Assembly: GCA_964291295.2 (NCBI GenBank)
Contig: OZ219754.1
Coordinates: 672,001 to 736,000, forward strand
Direction: 5' to 3'
Length of the DNA stretch: 64,000 nucleotides
Source of the DNA: an uncultured Candidatus Binatia bacterium
GTDB taxonomy: Bacteria; Desulfobacterota; Binatia; UBA9968; JAJDTQ01
Under the pieces are notes generated by a model, which did not search any database, was not told the DNA's origin, and worked only from the letters and a program-made list of their open reading frames with translations. Of this stretch, positions 59,030-64,000 are shown piece after piece (the stretch's first letter is position 1; each line of letters starts with the position of its first letter). The translations under genes and the position numbers were made by a program.

Positions 59030-60844
59030 ATGAAAACCATCCGACTGACCGCGGCCCAGGCGCTGGTGCGTTTTCTCGGCGCACAGGCGAACGAAGACGG
59101 CGAGCGCTTCGTGGCCGGGGTCTGGGCCATCTTCGGGCACGGCAATGTCGCCGGCCTGGGCGAGGCCCTGTATCAGGCCGGTGACGCGCTGCCCACCTGG
59201 CGCGGCCACAACGAACAGGGCATGGCCCACGCGGCCATCGCCTACGCCAAGGCCCACAACCGCAAACGGGCCATGGCGGTGACCTCGTCCATCGGCCCGG
59301 GGGCCACCAACATGGTCACGGCGGCGGCGCTGGCGCATGTGAACCGCCTGCCGGTGCTGTTCCTGCCCGGCGACGTGTTCGCCAACCGGCTTCCCGACCC
59401 GGTGCTGCAACAGGTGGAGGACTTCGCCGACGGCACCGTGAGCGCCAACGACTGCTTCCGCCCCGCAAGCCGGTACTTCGACCGCATCACCCGCCCGGAG
59501 CAACTGCTGGCGGCGCTGCCGCGCGCCATGGCGACGCTCGTCGATCCGGCCGGATGCGGCCCGGTCACCCTCGCCCTGTGTCAGGACGTCCAGGCCGAGG
59601 CTTGCGACTACCCCGAAACCTTCTTCCGGCCGCGCACCTGGGTCATGCGCCGACAACGGCCCGACGCGGGCGAACTGGCGCGCGCGGCCCGGTCCCTGCG
59701 CGCGGCGCGGACACCTCTGATCGTCGCCGGCGGCGGCGTCCACTATTCCGACGCCTGCGAAACGCTGGCCGCGTTCGCGCAACGGCGCGGCATCCCCGTC
59801 GCCGAAACCCAGGCCGGGAAGGCGGCGCTGCCGTGGAGCCACCCGTGCTCGGTGGGCGCCATCGGCGTCACCGGCACCGAAAGCGCCAACACCTTGGCCC
59901 GCACCGCGGACCGGATCCTTGCGGTGGGAACCCGCTTGCAGGACTTCACCACCGGATCCCGGAGCCTGTTTCAGAATCCGGATGTCCGGCTGCTGGCCAT
60001 CAACGCGGCCGCCTTCGACGCCGCCAGGCACGACGCCCTGGCGGTGGTGGGCGACGCCCGCACGACCCTGGAGGAGCTGGATGCCGTCCTGGGCGACTGC
60101 GTCTTCGCGTTGCCGGACAAAGCACTCAAGGCCGATTGGGACCGGGCCGCCGACGCCGCCACCCGTGCGGCCGGCACCGTGCCGTCGGACGCCCAGGTGA
60201 TCGGCGCCGTCCAGCGGACCATGGCCGACAACGGCATCGTCGTGTGCGCGGCCGGCGGCCTGCCGGGCGAACTGCACAAGCTGTGGCGCTCGCCCCGGCG
60301 CGGCGACTATCACCTGGAATACGGCTACTCGTGCATGGGCTACGAGATCGCCGGCGGACTGGGCGTCAAGATGGCATGCCCCGAAGCCGACGTGGTGGTG
60401 GTGGTGGGCGACGGCTCCTACATGATGATGAACTCGGAGCTGGCCACCAGCGTCATGCTGGGCCTGAAGCTGACCGTCGTGGTTCTCGACAACCGCGGCT
60501 TCGGATGCATCGACCGGCTGCAACGCGCCACCGGCGGAGCCAGCTTCAACAACCTGCTGGACACCGCCCGGCACCAGACGCCCTCGGCCATCGATTTCGC
60601 TGCCCATGCCGCCTCCATGGGGACCCTCGCGAGCCATGTCGATGACATCCGGGGGCTGGAGGCCGCCCTGGTGGAAGCGCGCTCGGCGGACCGGACTTCG
60701 GTCATCGTCATCGACACCGATCCGCTGGCCGCCACCGCAGCCGGCGGCCACTGGTGGGACGTGGCCGTGCCCGAGGTTTCGGAGCGGGCGGAAGTGGCGG
60801 CGGCGCGCGAATCCTATGACGCCGCGCTGAGAAGACGCCCGTGA
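59030..60844 (+). CDS. iolD: 3D-(3,5/4)-trihydroxycyclohexane-1,2-dione acylhydrolase
   Basis: IFGHGNVAG, SSIGPGATN, EYGYSCMGYE, GDGSY. Confidence 0.95.
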   Translation: MKTIRLTAAQALVRFLGAQANEDGERFVAGVWAIFGHGNVAGLGEALYQAGDALPTWRGHNEQGMAHAAIAYAKAHNRKRAMAVTSSIGPGATNMVTAAALAHVNRLPVLFLPGDVFANRLPDPVLQQVEDFADGTVSANDCFRPASRYFDRITRPEQLLAALPRAMATLVDPAGCGPVTLALCQDVQAEACDYPETFFRPRTWVMRRQRPDAGELARAARSLRAARTPLIVAGGGVHYSDACETLAAFAQRRGIPVAETQAGKAALPWSHPCSVGAIGVTGTESANTLARTADRILAVGTRLQDFTTGSRSLFQNPDVRLLAINAAAFDAARHDALAVVGDARTTLEELDAVLGDCVFALPDKALKADWDRAADAATRAAGTVPSDAQVIGAVQRTMADNGIVVCAAGGLPGELHKLWRSPRRGDYHLEYGYSCMGYEIAGGLGVKMACPEADVVVVVGDGSYMMMNSELATSVMLGLKLTVVVLDNRGFGCIDRLQRATGGASFNNLLDTARHQTPSAIDFAAHAASMGTLASHVDDIRGLEAALVEARSADRTSVIVIDTDPLAATAAGGHWWDVAVPEVSERAEVAAARESYDAALRRRP

Positions 60845-61749
60845 TCCGCTACGGCACCAATCCGGTCGCCTGGTCCAACGACGACGACCCCAGCCTGGGG
60901 GGCGACATCCCGCTGGAGCGGTGTTTGAGCGACGCCAGCCGGATCGGCTTCGAGGGGATCGAGAAAGGCCGCAAGTTTCCTTCCGATGCCACGACCCTGG
61001 CAGCGACCCTCCAGCCCTACGGCCTGGCCTGCGTGTCCGGGTGGCATTCGCTGAGGCTGCTCGAACGATCCGTGGAGGAGGAAAGGGCCGCGATCCAGCC
61101 GCACCTGGATGTGCTGGCAGCGCTGGGATGCCCGGTCTGCATCGTGTGCGAGACCACCGGCGCGGTCCACCGCGATATCGACGCGCCCCTGAGCCATCGA
61201 CCGAAGCTCGCGCCATCCGGCTGGGACCGCTTCTGCGCCAACGTCGAGGCCATCGCCGCACACTGCCTCGCCCGAGGCGTGCGCCTGGCGTATCATCACC
61301 ACATGGGGACGGTGGTGGAGAGCATGGAAGAGATCGAGGCGTTCATGGCGCGCGCCGGTCCCCGCACCGGGCTGCTGCTGGACACTGGCCATGCGACCTT
61401 CGCGGGCGCCGATCCGGCAGTCCTGGCCCAGCGCTACATGGACCGCATCGTCCACATCCACGCCAAGAACGTTCGCCCCGCCATCCGGCAAAGAGCGCTC
61501 GCGGAAGGGTTGTCGTTCCTGCAGGCGGTCCGGCTCGGCGTGTTCACGGTTCCGGGGGACCGCGAGGGCGGCGTCGATTTCCCGGCGGTGCTGCGCATCG
61601 CCGCCCGCCATCACTATTCGGGCTGGCTGGTCGCCGAGGCCGAGCAGGATCCGGCGCAACGCGATCCGGTGGTCTACCAGACACTGGCGTTGAAGACACT
61701 CCGCGCCATGGCGCGGGAAGTCGGCCTGGACCAGGAGGAAGTCCATTGA
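60841..61749 (+). CDS. iolE: Myo-inosose-2 dehydratase
   Basis: NPVAWSNDD, YHHHMGT, EAEQDP. Confidence 0.95.
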   Translation: MIRYGTNPVAWSNDDDPSLGGDIPLERCLSDASRIGFEGIEKGRKFPSDATTLAATLQPYGLACVSGWHSLRLLERSVEEERAAIQPHLDVLAALGCPVCIVCETTGAVHRDIDAPLSHRPKLAPSGWDRFCANVEAIAAHCLARGVRLAYHHHMGTVVESMEEIEAFMARAGPRTGLLLDTGHATFAGADPAVLAQRYMDRIVHIHAKNVRPAIRQRALAEGLSFLQAVRLGVFTVPGDREGGVDFPAVLRIAARHHYSGWLVAEAEQDPAQRDPVVYQTLALKTLRAMAREVGLDQEEVH

Positions 61750-62555
61750 GCAGCCTGTTGCGCAAGCCGTCGGGGACGACTGGCAAGGTCATCGACATCA
61801 CGCCCGAGAACGCCGGGTGGAGGTACGTCGGTTTCGCCGTTTACGCTTTGCGGCCCGGGGAAACGGCCGGCGAAGCCACCGGGAACCGCGAGGTCATCCT
61901 GGTCATGATCGACGGAAAGGCCCGGCTGTCCTGCCCCGATGCCGACTTCGGCGTCCAGGGCCGGCGCATGAGCGTGTTCGAACAGACCCGGCCGCACGCC
62001 GTCTACATTCCCGACGGCACCTCCTGGTCCGCCCGGGCGGAGACCGACTGCACCCTCGCGGTGTGCTCGGCGCCCGGCTTCGGCGGGCACGCGGCCGGGG
62101 CCATCGATCCGGAGCGCATCCCCGTCCTGAAACGCGGCAAGGGCGCGAATACGCGCTACGTGCACCCCATCGCCATGGACGACGCCGACATCGCCGACAG
62201 CCTGCTGATCACCGAGGTGTTCACGCCCCAGGGCAACTGGTCGAGCTACCCGCCGCACCGTCATGACAGTGACCAGGGCGAGGAGATGACCTGTCTCGAA
62301 GAGACCTACTACCACCGGATCCATCCGCCCCAGGGCTTCGGCTTTCAGCGCGTCTTCACCGAAGACGGCGAACTGGACGAAACCATGGCGGTGGCCGACG
62401 GCGACACCGTGCTGGTGCCGCGCGGGCATCATCCGTGCGGTGCACCCTACGGTTACGACATGTACTATCTGAACGTCATGGCGGGTCCGAGGCGCAAGTG
62501 GCGCTTCAGGAACCACCCCGACCACGACTGGATCTTCCAGCGGGACTCGAAGTGA
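61746..62555 (+). CDS. iolB: 5-deoxy-glucuronate isomerase
   Basis: TTG start; ITPENAGWRYVGF, GNWSSYPPHRHD, YYLNVMAG. Confidence 0.94.
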   Translation: MSSLLRKPSGTTGKVIDITPENAGWRYVGFAVYALRPGETAGEATGNREVILVMIDGKARLSCPDADFGVQGRRMSVFEQTRPHAVYIPDGTSWSARAETDCTLAVCSAPGFGGHAAGAIDPERIPVLKRGKGANTRYVHPIAMDDADIADSLLITEVFTPQGNWSSYPPHRHDSDQGEEMTCLEETYYHRIHPPQGFGFQRVFTEDGELDETMAVADGDTVLVPRGHHPCGAPYGYDMYYLNVMAGPRRKWRFRNHPDHDWIFQRDSK

Positions 62556-63571
62556 CGGACGAGCCTGTCCGGCTGGCGCTCCTGGGCGCCGGCCGTATCG
62601 GACAGATCCACGCCCGGTCCATCGCGGGCTGCGAGGGGGCAGCCCTGATTGCCGTGGCCGATCCGGTGGAGGCGGCGGCCGCCGCGGCAGCCCGGCTTGC
62701 GGACGCGCGCACCGCAACGGTCGAGGCCGTGCTGGACGATCCCGCCATCGAAGGCGTCCTCATCGCCGCTCCCACCGACCTGCACACCGAACTCATCGAA
62801 AAGGCCGCCGCGGCGGGCAAGGCGATCTTCTGCGAGAAGCCCGTCGACCTCGACCTGTCCCGCGCGCGGCGGGGCGTGGCCGCCGCGGACCGGCGCGGCG
62901 TCGCCTTGATGACCGGGTTCCATCGCCGCTTCGACCCCTCGTTCCGGCGCCTGCGCGACGACATCGACCAGGGCCGCATCGGCAGCGTCGAACTCGTGCA
63001 GATCACCTCCCGGGACCCCGCGCCGCCCCCGACCGCCTACATCGCGCGCTCCGGCGGACTGTTCCGGGACATGATGATCCACGACTTCGACATGGCGCGC
63101 TTCCTCATGGGCGAACCCATCGTCCAGGTCGGCGCCACCGGCTCGGCCATCATCGACGCGGCCAGGGCCGGCGACGTGGACACCGCGGTGGCCATGCTGC
63201 GTTCGACGAGCGGCCGCTTGTGCGTCATTTCCAACTCGCGCCGCACCACCTACGGCTACGACCAGCGCATCGAAGTCCACGGCTCCGCCGGCATGGTCTG
63301 CGCCGGCAATCCCACAGCCACCACCGTCACCCGCGCCGGCCCGTCGGGATTCGTCACCGAGCCCCTCCAGCGCTTCTTCACGGACCGTTACGCCGCCGCC
63401 TACCGGGAAGAGATCGCCACCTTCTGCGCCGTCGTCCGGGGCGCCGGCATCGACTACCCGAACGGCCTGGACGGCCTGGCCGCTCTCGCCCTCGCCGACG
63501 CCGCCACCGAGTCGGCGGCCACCGGCCGCACCGTCACGGTGGAGCGTGCGGAGACGAAGAATCCCGCGTGA
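62552..63571 (+). CDS. iolG: Myo-inositol 2-dehydrogenase
   Basis: LLGAGRIG, FCEKP, RRFDP, SGGLFRDMMIHDFD, YGYDQRIE. Confidence 0.92.
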   Translation: MTDEPVRLALLGAGRIGQIHARSIAGCEGAALIAVADPVEAAAAAAARLADARTATVEAVLDDPAIEGVLIAAPTDLHTELIEKAAAAGKAIFCEKPVDLDLSRARRGVAAADRRGVALMTGFHRRFDPSFRRLRDDIDQGRIGSVELVQITSRDPAPPPTAYIARSGGLFRDMMIHDFDMARFLMGEPIVQVGATGSAIIDAARAGDVDTAVAMLRSTSGRLCVISNSRRTTYGYDQRIEVHGSAGMVCAGNPTATTVTRAGPSGFVTEPLQRFFTDRYAAAYREEIATFCAVVRGAGIDYPNGLDGLAALALADAATESAATGRTVTVERAETKNPA

Positions 63572-63751
63572 GGACCGCCGCTCCGTCGTCCGGTTTCCGC
63601 ATGCGGCGGCGGAGGGGTCCGGACTTGGCCCGTCTTGACCCGCGGGTAAAACCCGGCGGCTGCCGCGGTTCCAGTATCTCCGGGGACCGTCGATCAGGTT
63701 CTGATCCCGGTTGTCACGGCAAGGCCACGAAACCCGGCCCGTCGCCCAGGT

Positions 63752-64000
63752 TCATCGCTCCGAAGATGCGTCCGTTTCGGGAAATACCTCGTCGGCGTAC
63801 TGGTTGTAGCCCAGATCCCGGACGTGGGGTTCGTTATGAAGCAGTTCACGCAAACGGGAAAGTTCCCGGGGGTCCCAGCCCATGGCGTCGGCCACTGATT
63901 CATCCCAGAGTCGGCGTACCGGGCATTCTCCGTCCCGGTACTGAGGCACCTCCATGTCCCTGGTGCGCTCCCAGCAGTCGCCCAGGATTTCCCGAATGCG
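63752..64000 (-). CDS. C-terminal end of a gene entering from the right; possibly a DNA methyltransferase / type IIG RM protein
   Basis: Frame open to window edge: ...RIREILGDCWERTRDMEVPQYRDGECPVRRLWDESVADAMGWD...LLHNEPHV; family call from recollection only. Confidence 0.4.
   Translation of the reverse strand, partial: RIREILGDCWERTRDMEVPQYRDGECPVRRLWDESVADAMGWDPRELSRLRELLHNEPHVRDLGYNQYADEVFPETDASSER

Noticed and set aside
57068-61261. Very long antisense ORFs (1397 aa here; also 15253-18480, 10201-12903, 21-863, 47218-49365)
   Set aside because: Shadow frames opposite well-supported genes in high-GC DNA; no recognisable motifs.

Overview
High-GC bacterial chromosomal window. The gene mix (Bug/TctC, acyl-CoA dehydrogenases, multicopy AAA-ATPase/PD-(D/E)XK, lipidated subtilase, RTX proteins) suggests a host-associated, possibly sponge-symbiont deltaproteobacterial lineage; this is inference only. 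Core blocks are pstSCAB with a phased Pho-box array, dsbA, trmJ, an Fpg-like gene, acyl-CoA catabolism, selA-selB-selD (SelD is a selenoprotein with an in-frame UGA), accBC, aromatic catabolism genes, copA-oxyR/katA and a myo-inositol uptake and catabolism cluster. Two accessory regions (~19.9-32.9 kb and ~42.2-45.5 kb) share the same gene kit: AAA-ATPase, a small surface lipoprotein and RTX sequence. The most notable signal is that both lipoprotein paralogs end inside a group II intron domain V-VI-like RNA (stop codon in the DV loop), and their homology stops at the predicted intron 3' end. Also present: a G17 tract in the RTX promoter spacer, a 170-bp MITE with TIRs and a 4-bp TSD, a solitary type I-E CRISPR-like repeat, an IS4 transposase with its catalytic Glu replaced by Gln, decayed TA and helicase genes, and three intergenic 14-bp-period repeats. 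Everything was read by eye; no database search was run.
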